Positions 19,122 through 33,773 are shown, counted from the whole stretch's first letter. The stretch is 61,421 nucleotides of DNA, filler included, from Streblomastix strix (GCA_008636045.1; 4 parts of 4 records of this genome joined end to end with filler, not necessarily neighbours in it); one strand, 5' to 3'. Numbers and translations are program-made. The notes: generated from the sequence alone by a model not told the origin.

Positions 19122-22100
19122 ATGGCCGAGAAAAAGCTGAATGCTGCAGCAGGCACGTTTCAGTCTAAAGGTTTGTATTGTCTATGTTGTCAATGATCAC
19201 ATGTATATTTTTATGATTAAATTATAAAAACTTTTTCCTTTTTATTTACGCTATTTTCAGGGAACTTGAACAAAATTGGCCTTGTTGCTACAAATTCCAA
19301 TATTAATAGTGAAAAACCTGATAATGGACCAAAGATTGTACTTGCACAAATAATACCAGTGGAAAGACACGATAGATAATAATAAGAAAAATAATAATTA
19401 CCTTCTTTGAAATTTGTAAATGAACAACAAGATTCTTTAACAAAAATATAACTTAATCCTGCTAGTATAAATGCCAAGGAATTCACTCCAAAAGCCTCTG
19501 CAGCGAAGTATGCACCAGTTCAAGTTGATTAATCTAACAAGGATTTATCCCAGAATATTTCTTCAACATCACTCAATAAATCTGCTCAAGCTTTTTAGCC
19601 AAAATAAAATATTATTACAAATGCTGCATATAATATATAAAATTAACAACCTATTTAGACTGCTAACAACATTTAATCATCTTAATTGCAATAATATTAA
19701 GCTCCTCCATAATTATTTCATCCTATACCAGTTACTCCAATGCCAATTACTCCAATACCAAATTAATTAATTGGATAATAAATAACTCAGCCTATATTAA
19801 ATACAGCACCTACAATCTCACAATCTAATCCACTTCCTATTTCACTTCAAAATAATAACACATCATCAAAGTAAATGTAAAATACTCAATTATTAAATCC
19901 TGCTTCTAATCAATCAATTAGATCTTCAACATCACCAACATAGGTACCTTATAATTTAATGCAGACTCAAAAGGATGATTAAACACAAAAGTAAGTTGGG
20001 TTAATATAAATATAACCTAATTAGCTACCTTAGACTTCTATGAGAGTTGAAGCTAAAGAATTTAATCCTCCTAAAAAAATAATTTCATAAGAGTAAAATT
20101 CAAAACCATAAATAAAAGAACAAGAAGATGAATCTTAATAATAGAAAAAAGAAGAGTAGAAATAAGATCAAACTTCATCAAACATTTAAGAATTAAAATT
20201 AAATACATCAGAATAATTAAATAAAACAGATTAAACTTAATCTGATGAGAATATTAAGTAAAATAATGAGATATAAACAAAGGATACAAAGGAAAACACT
20301 CAAATAATACAAAAATAAAAAAAAGATAATAATAATAAGAAATAAAATAAAAACAAATAAAAAGGAAAAGAGAATAAATAAATTGAATAATCAACTTAAC
20401 TTGAAGTAGAAGCATAAGAAGATGTTCTTAATGAAAAGAAAGAATAAGGAAATGAATAAGATATTAATAATATTAATAATAAATAGCAATAAAAAGAAAT
20501 TGTTAAAGAAAAAGATTCTAAAAGTAATAATAACAAATCATAAAAAAAAGAAATTGTAAAAGAAAAATTAAATAATAATAAATCTTAATCTTAAGAAATT
20601 GTAAAAGAAAATTTAAATAATAATAAATCTTAATCTTAAGAAATTGTAAAAGAAAAATTAAATAATAATAAATCTTAATCTTAAGAAATTGTAAAAGAAA
20701 AATTAAATAATAATAAATCTTAATCTTAAGAAATTGTAAAAGAAAAATTAAATAATAATAAATCACAATCATAAGAAATTGTGAAAGAAAAATTAAATAA
20801 TAATAAATCACAATCATAAGAAATTGTGAAAGAAAAATTAAATAATAATAAATCACAATCATAAGAAATTGTGAAAGAAAAATTAAATAATATTAAATCA
20901 CAATCTAATTAAGTTATAAAAGAAAAAGAACAAGAAAAATAGGCAATCACAGAAGATTTATTAAAGAAAGAAAAAGAGATCAATAATAATACACAAGGAA
21001 AAGAAATTGTAAAAGAAAAAGAGATCAATAATAATAAATCATAATAAAAAGAGATTGTAAAAGAAGAAGTTGAAGATAAAGATGTCAAAGAAGTAGAAAT
21101 ATAACAATAAGAAGAACCCAGTCATATTGCACCAGAAGATTCACTTGCAGCTTTGTAATTGAAAGTTAAATAATTATAAGATGCAATTGAATGGGATGTA
21201 TCAATATCTGGAATTGGTGATCGTGGTGGCAATTCAAGCAGAAATAATTAATATAAATAAAATAAGAATGTTAAAGCTATTCTTTCTAATCTTATAAAAG
21301 AGGATACAGATAGATTCAAATACTCATTATTAGAAGTACTTGATATGGGGAATGATGTTTGGGACCGACCATCAGAAAACTTCAATAACATTCCATTCTA
21401 GATATATTCAACAGTAACTGAATAATAATGGGAATAGAATTACTAATCAAATAATAATAAAAATTCAAGATAAGGTAGAGGCAGAGATAATAGAGATAGA
21501 AGAAGACCATATGAACCTTTGCCTAATAGAGCTGATAATGCTTGGAAGAAAGGACAATTAAATATATAAGATGAATCAGTTGTATATGCTAAGAAAGCTT
21601 TAGGAATACTTAACAAGATATCTCCTTCTACATTTTGGGTGCTGATGTAACAATTGGCTGAATTGATTGTGAATGAAGAAGTACTTGATGCTGTGATTGA
21701 ATAAATTTTTGATAAAGCTTTGGAAGAAAATAAGTTTACTGGCTTATATGCAGAGCTATGTCTTCAGCTTGCAAGATATGAATTAAAACATGGATTCCCA
21801 TTTGATATTAAACAATCTCCTGAAACATAAATTCCTTAATCGCATTCAGTCTTCTCAACTCCTTAATCATAATCCAAATAACTTGATAATTCTCCTAATA
21901 ATTAAAGAATATCAGATACAAGTTAATCTCCAGCTGCTTAATCCCCACTTACTAATTATGCTGAGTCACTTGATTCAATTAAAAGTTCAATGAATCAACT
22001 TGGAGATGAGAAAGTGAGTGTTACATCGCAGGATGAAGTTGAATCTATGAACAGCTCAGGAATTAAAGGATAAAATTAGCTTAAAACGACAATACAACTT

Positions 22101-25064
22101 ATTCCTCGACCAACACCATCAAATCCAGAAGTAAGTGGAATATAAGGAGAGGATGTCACAGAAGTTGAGGAAGTTAAATAATAAGAAGCTAAGAAAGGAT
22201 TGAGCAAAAGAGAGAAAAAGAATAAAAAGAAAGAAAAATAAGAAAAAACAATTGACACTAAAGTAGAAAAGGTTAATCAAGTAGAAAATGATGCGAATAG
22301 TTTAAAAGAGAATGAACTGGATAAAGTAAAAGAGGTAGACAAAGAATAGATAACTGATAAGAACAGTGATCGAGACCAAACCATAACTCCATCATCATCA
22401 CCAATATCATCAATAGCTTCATCTATATCTGATACTCCTGTTCAACCATATTTATAACTTCCCTCTCCATCACCTTCAAGTAACTCTTCTAATGTTGATA
22501 TGAATTAATTCTCTAATAGTATATTCAGAAAAAGATTACTTAAGAGATGCTAGAACTTCTTTGAGAATAACTAAGTTTTGATAATATCAGATTAAGATCG
22601 TGCATAAATGAGTGAAGTTGAATATTCTGATAAGGAGACCATATTCAGATTGCGTAAGAAGGGTAATATATTCTTCATTGGAGAACTAATTAATATAAGA
22701 TTGCTCCATCCTCAAGTTGGGGCTATTTGTATTTCAGAGTTGTGGAAAGGAAGTACATAAATTAAAGTTGATGCTATAGAATTAGAAGCATTGTAATACT
22801 TCTTAACTGCAGTGGGCAGCTTAATGATGAGAGAAGCTAAGAATCTTCTTACAACAAATATCTAAAAAATTCAGTAAATCATAAAATATGGATTATTGAA
22901 AGACCATCCACGTGTGAAGTTCTTACTAATGAATGTGATTGATTTTTACAATAATAATAACTTTCCAATCTATAAACGTGAATATGCTGAGTAATAACCA
23001 TCATTCATTCCAAGTCCTTCTGAATAGATACAAATTGCTAAGAAAGGATCTGATCAATCATTGACTATTCTTTCTTCAGTTGCATAGAAGACAAGAAATC
23101 AATAATGGAAGGAAAAAAGCGAATAAAGAAAGAAAGAGAAGTTACTATTATTATAGAAGAATCCATCAGAATCAATTACTCCAACATCACTTATAGACAT
23201 TTCTCCTTCTGATTCAACTACTCCATTTCCAATTGTTATACCTACTCCATTAATTACACATTCAAATACTCTATCTACGAATGTGTGGAATACCCCATTA
23301 ATATTTGGTCATTAAGCACAGTCAAAGACAAATGATGATGTACTCATTAATTCTTTGCTTCAATAAGTTGAGACTTTAACAAAGGATACCATTTCAACAA
23401 ATAAAGCAATTTCAGATCTTACGAGCTCAATTGAATAAGAACTTAACCGAGTTGCAGATAGTGCTGGACATTAACATATGAAACTTCAAACGCCATGCGA
23501 TGCTGCATTTAAACAATCAAATATCCCTCTTGTATGCGTTCTTCGTCATACTATAATAACCATATTCAAATCTATTATTGAATCTGAAAGTTCACTTAAA
23601 TCTGGGAAAATAATTAATACCAAGAAGATTTTAGGATAAGCTGCTGATACTTTAATAGTAAGGTCATATTTAGAACCCATTCTTGAATCTTTAATAAGTT
23701 TAAGTATTGAATAATCAGCACTAATTCTTGAACCAGATAATAGAATTGACTCAAACAGTAGCATAAAATCAGCTTTGTAGAAGACAATGGATTCTCTTTA
23801 ATCATTAAATAAAATTTAATTAATAAAATTTTAATTTATTCTTCTTCTTCCTTTAATATCACATCATCTGTCTGAGAAGTTGCCATCAGATGAATAATCT
23901 GCAATTCACCTTATTGATGCTATCCCAGAGCAAATATTAGCAGACCATCAAATTTCATAACATTTCAAAAACTTCTGTTCAATTCTTCTTGGGAATTGGC
24001 TTGCTGAGAGAATGTTAACACCTCTTGATGTTATATTTATATCTATTGGACTCAGACTTAATAGTCAACATATTATTGAGATATTTGCTATGAGACTTGA
24101 TTCTCTTTCTGACGATGAATCTATTTGTTAAGATCTCTACAAATGCACAATATTTGAGCTAAAGAACATCATTCTACAGAAAAAATCAAATTAATAAGAG
24201 AAAATAAAAGAAGAAAATGATAATAAAGAAATAATAATTGAATCATAAGGTTAATAACAAGATAATATTATTGTTCAATTCACAAAACATCTCATTAATG
24301 CTACTGGAGGATTAGATACTCTTATTAAAGCAATTACTGTCCATCCTAATGGTTAGAAACTCTTGAATATATTTAGTGAGGGAATAATTGGATTTATTGC
24401 TTTGTTGATACTTAAAGAGTTTCATGCTGATTCCTCTTTCTCATTTAATATTAATAAAGAAAGAACACATGAAATTATTGATTTAATTAAGATAGCTCTT
24501 TCTATTAAGTAATATGACATTCATGTAGTATCTCTTGTTCTATCAGGGGTCATTCGAGTTCTTCTCGCTTATTCTGCCATTAATGAATTTAATACTGATA
24601 ATCAATTAAGAATTGTCAGTGAGGATGAGAAGGGCTAAAGCAATATTTGCATATCACTCATTTCATTGCTTAATGAGAATCTTTTGAATATTAAACCTCT
24701 TATTATATCCATTGTTGAAGAAGGATAAGGATAGGATAAAGAAGGAGACAATTTAGCATCAACTAATAAGTTACTTGCAAAGATGACATTAGGACAACTT
24801 GGAAGAGAATGCATACTATTACAGAATGAATTTTTATCCTAGTCTAACAATTGGAATAATTCTGAGTATTCTTCTCCTTTGGATGTAATCTTATCATTTT
24901 TTAATTATTAATGCAAACTCTTTACTTCTGCTGATTATATCACATTTGGAAGAACAAAAGCATATTCTTCTCTATTAAATATCTTTATGGAGAAAATACA
25001 ACCAAAGAAAGACAATGAAAAGTAAAATTCAAAAGATGAAGAATTTGACGAAAATGTAGATTGA
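19122..25064 (+). CDS. eIF4G: eIF4G-like translation initiation factor (~1950 aa)
   Basis: Exons 19122-19170 and 19261-25064. MIF4G motifs ALGILNKIS, IEQIFDKALEENKFTGLYAELC, FRKRLLKRCQNFFE, GNIFFIGELI, PRVKFLLMNVID; candidate 4E-binding YSLLEVL at 21321. Confidence 0.88.
20550..20909 (+). repeat. Coding 45-bp tandem repeat x8 (EIVKEKLNNNKSQSQ)
   Basis: Units start every 45 bp from 20550 to 20865. Confidence 0.95.
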
Positions 25065-25494
25065 GCATATAGTGCTGGACTAAATTCAAAGCTTTGCTAT
25101 ATTTAATTATATCGCCATTTCTTATTTATTAATTATTTTATTATTTAACTTTTTTAAACATTTCCTATTTAAAAATGAAATGACGAGTCGTTTCATAATA
25201 TATTAAGAGTGCTTCATCAAAATATTGCTCTGAGATTCTTTTAACTGTTAATATTTATTATTTTTTTAATTTTTAAATTTTTATCAAAAAACCAAGGAAA
25301 TAATTCAATTTAAGATCTCTATAATGGTTTAAAATCGATTCTTGATCTAAATTAAATTTTATTTATTATCACCAAAATTAAATCACTCATAGGTATATGC
25401 TTTATATTAAATAAAGATTGTGAAATGAAAAACAAACAAATTTAAAGAGAAGAATAAAAGTAAGCTTCTTTTTAAATGTCTATTCTTGATAATA

Positions 25495-28400
25495 TCATTT
25501 CTAGTTCCTGCTTCGCTAAATTCTTTTTCGATGAGTATTAGTGTTTGAAGTAGAAGATGATTATTATGATTATGTATGCTATTATAATTATGATGATGAA
25601 GAGGTTTATTATTATTATAAATTTCTATTCTATTAATTATTATTTTCATTATTTGATGAAGAACTTCTAAAATTATGTTTATGACGTGGATGTTAAAGAG
25701 GTTAACGAATTTAAAGTTAAGGATGTTAATTAGTGGAAAGAGATTAAAATTGTTAGCTTAAAATAGATTAAGAAGCTTGTATAGATGGATTTATAATTTC
25801 TGATTAATTAATTTCTTCCATTGGAAAAGAGATAGAATTATTTTTAGGATGAACAACAATTCTAGGTTCTTCTATCGTCTAATTTTGATTTATGTAGTGT
25901 CTTCTCTTCTTAATGAATATTATCGCTATAATTATAATAACAACAACTAAGAGTGAAAATATTGCAATAATTATAATAACCCATGATGGAAAATTAATTT
26001 GATTAATATCTTATTATTTTATAAATTCTGATTATTCTTAATCTTATTAATCTGGTTATTCAATTTCAATATCTGAATCTGAATCAGTAATTTAATCATT
26101 AAATTCCCAATATTCTTCAAGATATTATTATTATATTATAATTTCATCAATCGATTTCAATTCAAATTCAGAAATGCTTATTGGAATTCCTTATAGTTAA
26201 CTTTTAGATGAAATTCCATCTTAATAATCTCCTTTAACATATTCTCCTTTCTCTCCAAACCGACAAAATTATTTCAAATCGGAACTCACAATATAAACAT
26301 TCGATCCTCCATTCAATCCTGAATTTAATTCAAATTTGCATCCTTTCAATCCGTTTCCATTCTTATCAGCATTAAATTCTCCTTTCGAAGTAAGAAAGAT
26401 TCCTCCACCAAAACCATAATGAGATGATGATGATGATGATTGTGATGATGATGATAATGATAATGTTTATGATGTTGGCGATGGTGAAGAATTTGTAGTA
26501 AAAGATTATGATGATGAATACGATGAAGAAGAAGAATAAGAAGAAGAAGAAGAAGAATAAGAAGAAGAAGAAGAAGATGATGATGATGATGATGATGATG
26601 ATGAAGATGGAGATGATGATGAATCTTTGGAAATGCAAGATTTGAAAATCGTATCACCAATATTTATTTTGCTTTCAGATGTAAAATCAATATCAATATA
26701 TAATGCTCCTCCATTTCCATTATTATTAATACAAGATGTAAATGAAGATGTTCCAATAAAATTCAATGTTCCTCCATTCCATATTTATGCATACATTCCA
26801 GATCCTCCAATTCCACGTGAATCTCCATCAGCATTGATATTCTTAAATTAACATTAATTGATAGTTATTGTGATTGGCGATGTTAATGATAATGATTCTT
26901 TATTTTATATTCGAATCATATTCCCTCCTTTTCCTTTTATATTGATATCTTCGAATATGCATTATGATGCAATAAAATTCGATTTATCAATATTAATGTG
27001 AATAATTCCTTTGGCTTCACTTATCGGTTATAGATTGACTCCAATTATTGTTACACCAGCAATTTCCAAAGATGAACTTTCACCATCAATATATATAATA
27101 GGAATATTAAGAATAGAAGAATCTGTTTTGATCTCAATTTCATATATTCCAAATTGCATTCCTTCAGTCAATGATATCCATCCAAATTTACCATTCTCTT
27201 AATCATCATTATTCTTCTTAATCATTATTGATCCTTATCCAGTCATCGCTTAGCTTGTTCCATACTATTGTTTCATTATTTTTATTGAATTTGTATGCAT
27301 CATAGTTTTACTCATTTCAAATGGCTATAATAAATCATATCCACCTGCACAAATTCCAATCCTCTTCTCTTCAACATCAATATTTTTATTTCCTTTTAAT
27401 GCAATAGATATTTCATTAATTGCATATTCTATAGTTTAACANNNNNNNNNNTTTCAAATGGCTATAATAAATCATATCCACCTGCACAAATTCCAATCCT
27501 CTTCTCTTCAACATCAATATTTTTATTTCCTTTTAATGCAATAGATATTTCATTAATTGCATATTCTATAGTTTAACAAGGATCATAAATAGTTTCACAT
27601 CCTAATTCATCTTTTGATTTAATTAATTCGTAATTTCGATTTAAAACATGCCAAATTTCTTATTATCTTATAAACCAATATTATTCTAATTATTACATAT
27701 TAATTAATATTTAATTAAAAGATAATTAATTAAACGAAATATTATCAATAGAAATTCCTTCTAATTCATGTATATTAGAAAATCCATCACTGTAATTCCC
27801 TTTTACATATTCACCAGCTGTTCCAAACTCACACCATTCTTTTAATTTTAGCATAACTGCAAATAAAGTTTATCCTCCATTATCTGCCTTATTATTGTAG
27901 TTTTTCATTCCCCTTAAATCTAGTCCTTTCGATGATGGATTATAATTACCTGATCCAGTAATAAATACTGCTCCTCCAAATCCACACGAGGAGTCATTTA
28001 AAGATGATGCAGCTCTACATTCTTGAAAAGTGGTATCTTTTATCTCAAATAAGAATTATGCTTCAAAATTAATCTCAGCATATATACAACCACCATTTCC
28101 TGCATTATTTATGCATCTTGTAAATATGCATTGAGACATTTTCATTTAATCTTAAGAGCTGATTAATGTTAAAAATATGCCTACACCATTATTATTTTAA
28201 TGATCAGTGAATATATTTTATGTCATTGTTACTTTTCCTTATTACTATTTAATCATATTTCCCGATTATTAATTAAGATTATTTAACAATATATCATTCA
28301 CAGTTGCAGATGAATTATTTAAATAAATAACTATTCCTTCTATTTATTAATCTACTAATTCTAATCCTTTATATTCTATATTCCCATTTTCCGAATAAAT

Positions 28401-29102
28401 TAACCGAATTCCTTTGAAAGAACTATCTTTATATATCCAAAAATCTGTAATAGATATATTTCCTCCAGCGTTGAAAATGAAATTATTCCCAGTTATTTCA
28501 CTTCCTTCCCTAACAGCAATATCAGAAAGATACATTTTTCCTCCATAATTATGAATGAAACTTTATCCTGAGATTGAACTGTTATATACATATATAACAT
28601 CAATTGTTCTTGTCTATCCAGAATTTGCATGAATAAATGCTTCTCCTGAAATTGTACTGTTGATAATTTCCATATCTTTAATAGTTAAGTTTTTGATTTT
28701 ATCTATAAATATTTTATTAAACCCTTCCATTTCACATTCGACAACATAAAATCCTTCAATGATATCATTTTCCTTTAAGCCTATCTCCACTGTAATTTCA
28801 CCACTGGATATCCAACCTAATATTATGACTTATCGATTTTCAAACTTCTTCAAATTATTATTAGATTAAGATGGTATATTAATGAGTTAAATTGTATTAT
28901 TATATTTATTGTAATTTTCCATTTTATTATTATTATCAGCATTAGCATTAAAGAAATTACATGAAATATAAAATATTATTATAAGAAGACGAGATATCTA
29001 TTTATAATTATTGAATTATTTCTGTTTAATAAATGTCTAAAATGTAATGGAAGATTAATGAATAAGCGTAGTACTAAAAATTGCAAAGATTGAGATGAAC
29101 AT
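25495..29102 (-). CDS. Type I membrane/surface protein with beta-helix-like GG(A/C)(I/L/V)(Y/F) repeats and a poly-Ser tract (~1156 aa)
   Basis: GNGGCIY, GFGGAVFI, GNGGALYI, GFGGGIFL motifs; TM segment WVIIIIAIFSLLVVVIIIIAIIFI followed by KKRR. The frame is restored if the 127-bp duplicate and 10 N are removed. Confidence 0.8.
27315..27578. other. Assembly artefact: 127-bp exact duplication around a 10-N gap
   Basis: 27315-27441 equals 27452-27578. Confidence 0.9.
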
Positions 29103-30676
29103 TTTGATTAATTTATGGAATTCTAATGATTACTACTTAATCTACTTTAAATAACTGAATATTAATAATTAGTTAATATATGATGTGATAGAGGAATTGA
29201 ATTCATCAGTTGCGATGGTTTTTGCTGAAGAAATTTATTGAAGTAGAAATACCTTACATTTTGAATGTGCATTCATAATTATCTTAATAAATTGAGTGAA
29301 AAATTAATAAATATGTAATTATATATTGCTATAATCAGAATATATTTTATTACTCATTAGTTCTTCATAATTTTCTTTTCCTATTTATTAATTATGCAAA
29401 GGAAGAATTAAAACCGTGCAAGAATATATCAAAAGTATCAAATGATGAGCGAAAATAACTTTAAAAAATGTAAGTAGTAATGAATTTGTCATGATGAGGA
29501 GTTTGCGTTTGATGAAATAATTTGTTTTTTGAAATGTCTGAAATAGATTTTGTGTATTTATTAATCATAACATTATAATATTCTTTTCTGAGTGAAAAAT
29601 CGAAAAATATTGCTCATTGCACTATTATGGACAAAATATGCAGCTTTTATTGTTTTCACTTTTCTATCCGCTGCTTTTGCTGAACTGAAAAAGTTAATTA
29701 TTTGAAAATGACTAATGCAATTATTTAAATTTATTTCTTAAATTTTATTATATAAATCAGTCGAATAACATAAAAGCAAATATTTTACTAATATAAAAAA
29801 AAAAAAATACTTAATCTGTATTAAAAAATCTAAAATAGTCGAAATTGCTGTGAAGAAATTTTTTTATTCAGACATTATTACTTTATAATATAATAATTAT
29901 TATGATAAATGAATAGTTAAGAGAACAAGGAGAGAAATAGTGTATAAAACTTTTGGAAGTTATGATTTTTCGTCTAAAAATAACAACATTCGTCCACGCC
30001 AAATGACTATGATCATCAACGCATATTATTATTTATTAAAGCCAATGTATATGAATAATGTATAATATTAATGTTATAACTAATTCTCAACTTACAACAA
30101 AAAGTAAAACTTCCACTCTTCTCCCCACATTTCTATTTAGAATTAAAGCCAATCTTTTATATATTATTTACGTAATTTTTATTACTCCTTACTAACTGTT
30201 TACAAATTGCAAATATATTTTTTCAATTCTTCTTCTCCACAAATATTTTTTTCCTTAAAATCATCTAATTAATCATACGTTAAAAGTAGTGTGTATTTTG
30301 ATATCTACATCTTATTGAAATTATCAGAAGAAATATTACCAATTAGTTCAACTCTAACTTATTTATCTATGTGAACAAGATTCCAGCTAATTAGTTTCAT
30401 TTCAATGAAAATATAAATAATAATTACTAATAATAATTTTCACTCATCCTCAATAAAAAAATTATCTAATTCATTTTAGAATTCATAAAGTAGTAATCTT
30501 GCACTTTATACTGTCTTTCCTTCATTAAATGTAGATTTTTTTCTTGCTTTTATTTTTGCCATATCCTTGTCATACGTTCTCTATTCTTTGAGTCTTTTCT
30601 CATCTTTTCTCTATTTTACCTCTTTAATAGCCTATTCCGTTGGAATAGCAAATATATCATCTCTATTATCATTTGT

Positions 30677-30776
30677 NNNNNNNNNNNNNNNNNNNNNNNN
30701 NNNNNNNNNNNNNNNNNNNNTTAATTAATTAANNNNNNNNNNNNNNNNNNNNNNNNNNNNNNNNNNNNNNNNNNNN
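30677..30776. other. Artificial contig spacer
   Basis: 44N-TTAATTAATTAA-44N. Confidence 0.97.
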
Positions 30777-31637
30777 TTCCTTGATATTTTGCATTAACTG
30801 GCTCAATAAGCTAATGCAAAATGGAATTAGAAAGAAACATTATAGTTGATAAAAGTCATAGAAATTGTTTCTGGAGATTAATAAGTGGATGATGAAGATA
30901 CAATTGAAGGAAAAGCGCATCTATTAATTCCATTGTTAAAAACAAAAATTGATAGTTAAGAGAGTGATAAAAGTGATGATTTTTGCGTTGATTGCTAAAT
31001 ATTATAATAAGAAATGCAAAAATATTAATAATAATTGAGAATAAAAGATGATTAAATAAAAATTTCTGAGGAATAATTAAGAAAAAGTTCTGATCAAATT
31101 AGAATAAATGAAGAATATATGAAAGAAAAAGATCTTTAAAATAGTCAGTTGAAAGATTAAATAATTCTTCTTCAGCAACAGCTATAGTAGAATTTATCAG
31201 TAAAGCCATCATAAACTGTTTGTTCAATTTGCTAATCAGTTGGAAACGAATCTTCTCCTTGCAGAATTTGCCACAAAGATAGATGCAGGGATTGTTACGT
31301 TAAATGCGAGAAATGCAATTTAATGAGTTGTAAGATTTGTGTTTATGAATGCTCAAAATGCAAGAAGCAAACATGCGATTAATGCATCAGAACATGCAAA
31401 AGGTGTTACGATAAGAGCTGTGTTGAATGTCTGAATTATGGAATTAGGTGTAGCAAATGCAGCAAAATAGGTTGCTAAAGCTGCATTCACAGTTGCAAAG
31501 TTTGCAAAGTTATTATATGTTCTTGCTGTTAAGAAGTCTGCAATTATTGCGGAGGTTCTTTGTGTGAAGACTGCACATAGAATGGGAAGAAGGACAACAA
31601 GATCTATTGTAAAGGAGGTTGCAGACGCCGCTGGTGA
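30777..31637 (+). CDS. 3' part of a coiled-coil plus CxxC-repeat cysteine-rich protein
   Basis: Open from the contig edge to TGA 31635-31637; serial CxxC pairs (CRIC, CRDC, CEKC, CKIC, CSKC, CDQC and more). Confidence 0.8.
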
Positions 31638-31964
31638 ATTTCGAGAATGATGTTCATTTATTGTTGAGTTTCAATTTGTTGATAATTTTCTCGTTTGTTG
31701 ATGCTTTGATATTCATATCATAGAGTGCTTATAAATTTTTATCGTATCAATGAATAAAATAATAGAGTCACTCATAATATTTATTAAAAATAGTGAATTT
31801 TGAATTAAAATATTAATGAATAAATAAAGAAGGTAAGAGTCGATTAATTTAAAAAAAAGGAAACAATACATATAAAATGGAATAATGATTAAAATTTCCC
31901 CCCAAAACAATTAAATAGAATTAAAAACATCTCAAATTAAGTATTTAAAACCCACAAAATCAGC

Positions 31965-32374
31965 TCATTCTGGGAAAACAGTGATTATCGTTATTTCGCC
32001 GAACCCAGAGGTCCGAGCAGGAGTTCCCCATGACCCAGTTCCAGGATTCACATACATATGCCTGTCAAATGAATTAAAGCCACCATCTTTATTATTAATA
32101 TTATTATTACTACTATTACCATTATTATTATTATTACAACTATTATTATTACCACTATTATTATCACCATTACCACTATTATTTGAATCACTTACTTACT
32201 AACTACCCTATTATACAACAGAAGCAGGAACAGACAACAGTCCATATGGATGCGAGAACCAGTGGTATATTAGTGGGTGCCAGGGGAATATCTGCCCGTT
32301 GTGTGTGTGCCCTGCGAGGAAGAGATCCCCTTTAAGTGCGTTCAGTGCAGTTAGCCAGGCTTCTATTTGATATG

Positions 32375-32438
<64 letters not shown>

Positions 32439-33773
32439 TGTGTGTGTATTATAGTTATTAGTATTAAATAAATATATATATAGAGTTTTTTCAATTGTTT
32501 TGTTATATATATTGTAATAAATTATAATAACAATTATAAGCAAACCATCGTGCGGTCTGTGATGAAGCAAGATCGTATATGGTGAATCAGAAGTCTCATT
32601 TATGAACAAGGAAGAATTGGAAGACTGCAAATTATTGACTTCACCAGTGAATTCATAAACATCTCCATCCTCAATTCCAACAATCCTGATCTGTTTGTCA
32701 GTTTAATTTGATTAAGCTGATTATTGAAGTGAGACGTCAATGTATTCATTTTATAATAAACGAACCTGAGAAAGAATAAAATAAATAGAAAATATGAATA
32801 GATTAAATAATATAGAAATAAAAATTACTTATGATAAAGTTCATTTAAAATAATAATAACTCTATTTCATACATTAGGAAAATGCTATATCATTTTTACA
32901 AAACTCTTCCCTCCAGATACAAAATCGTGATTTCCCTTACAATAACAAAACATAAAATAAATATAAATAAACATTTAAATATATAAATTTCAAGCACCGT
33001 CTCACACCATCACCAAATAAACGCCACATTTCGCAGTGATATTTGCCAGCGGCTGCATCGCAGGATACGGATTCTGCCCATCTGAGTCAACATTTTGCCT
33101 CACAACTCCGCTTATATCAACAAGATCTCCAGTTACACAGACAATGTCTCCTTCAAGGATATTTACCTGCTTTACAACTCTATTGAGGAATTTTGTGCTC
33201 CTGGAACCGATATGCACATCTGAGATCTGGATGATTCGGAGCGGCTGTTTGAGTTTGGAACTCCTGCGGATAATTAGAAATTAAAATGTATGAAAAGAAA
33301 TAATAAATAATAATAATAAAATATAAATGAAAGAATGAATACTTTAGATTAACTTTCTTTTTTCTCAATATTAAAACGCCATTCAAATGTGCCAGTATTA
33401 TGTAGATAAGAACTAAACTAACCAATGAAATGCAAACTATCCAGGCATATTTATGTGCAGCAGAGGAAAAGTCGAATATAAATTCGCATATTATTATTAA
33501 AAATAGAAATGGGAAATCAAAGCTGATGTAGTCTATGACTAGGTACATGAAGTAGCGGACTTTGATAGAACGTACAAGAAAGCCAACAGCCGTGCATATG
33601 AGAATGAAAACTTGAAATAGAAGTGGTACAGCAATGCAGATGAAGTAGAAGTACCATGTTTTTGAAATGAAATGTTCCAAAATCCACCATAAGCATCGGA
33701 ATATTGGATATCCATAAATAAGTATAAATAAAATAACAGCTATTGAAGCAAGAAGAACAGTTTTGCTTTACAT
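31965..33773 (-). CDS. Membrane-anchored calcineurin-like metallophosphoesterase (YkuE/TMPPE-like)
   Basis: Hydrophobic N-terminal helices; ISDVHIG, TGDLVD, GNHD, LHHRP, AGHTHNGQIFP, GTGSWG..R motifs. Introns include 33264-33342 and 32936-33007. Confidence 0.9.
32377..32436. repeat. (TA)n microsatellite in an intron
   Basis: About 30 TA units. Confidence 0.95.

Noticed and set aside
20518..20862. Minus-strand hydrophobic repeat ORF in the track
   Set aside because: Antisense shadow of the 45-bp coding repeat in eIF4G.
26346..26660. Poly-His/Leu and poly-Ile/Phe ORFs
   Set aside because: Alternative frames of the poly-Ser tract in the surface protein.
27315..27578. 127-bp direct repeat
   Set aside because: Exact overlap around a 10-N gap; removing it restores the reading frame, so it is an assembly artefact.
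30250..30676. Minus-strand coding-like fragment at the contig end
   Set aside because: Short, interrupted by TGA, no recognisable motif.
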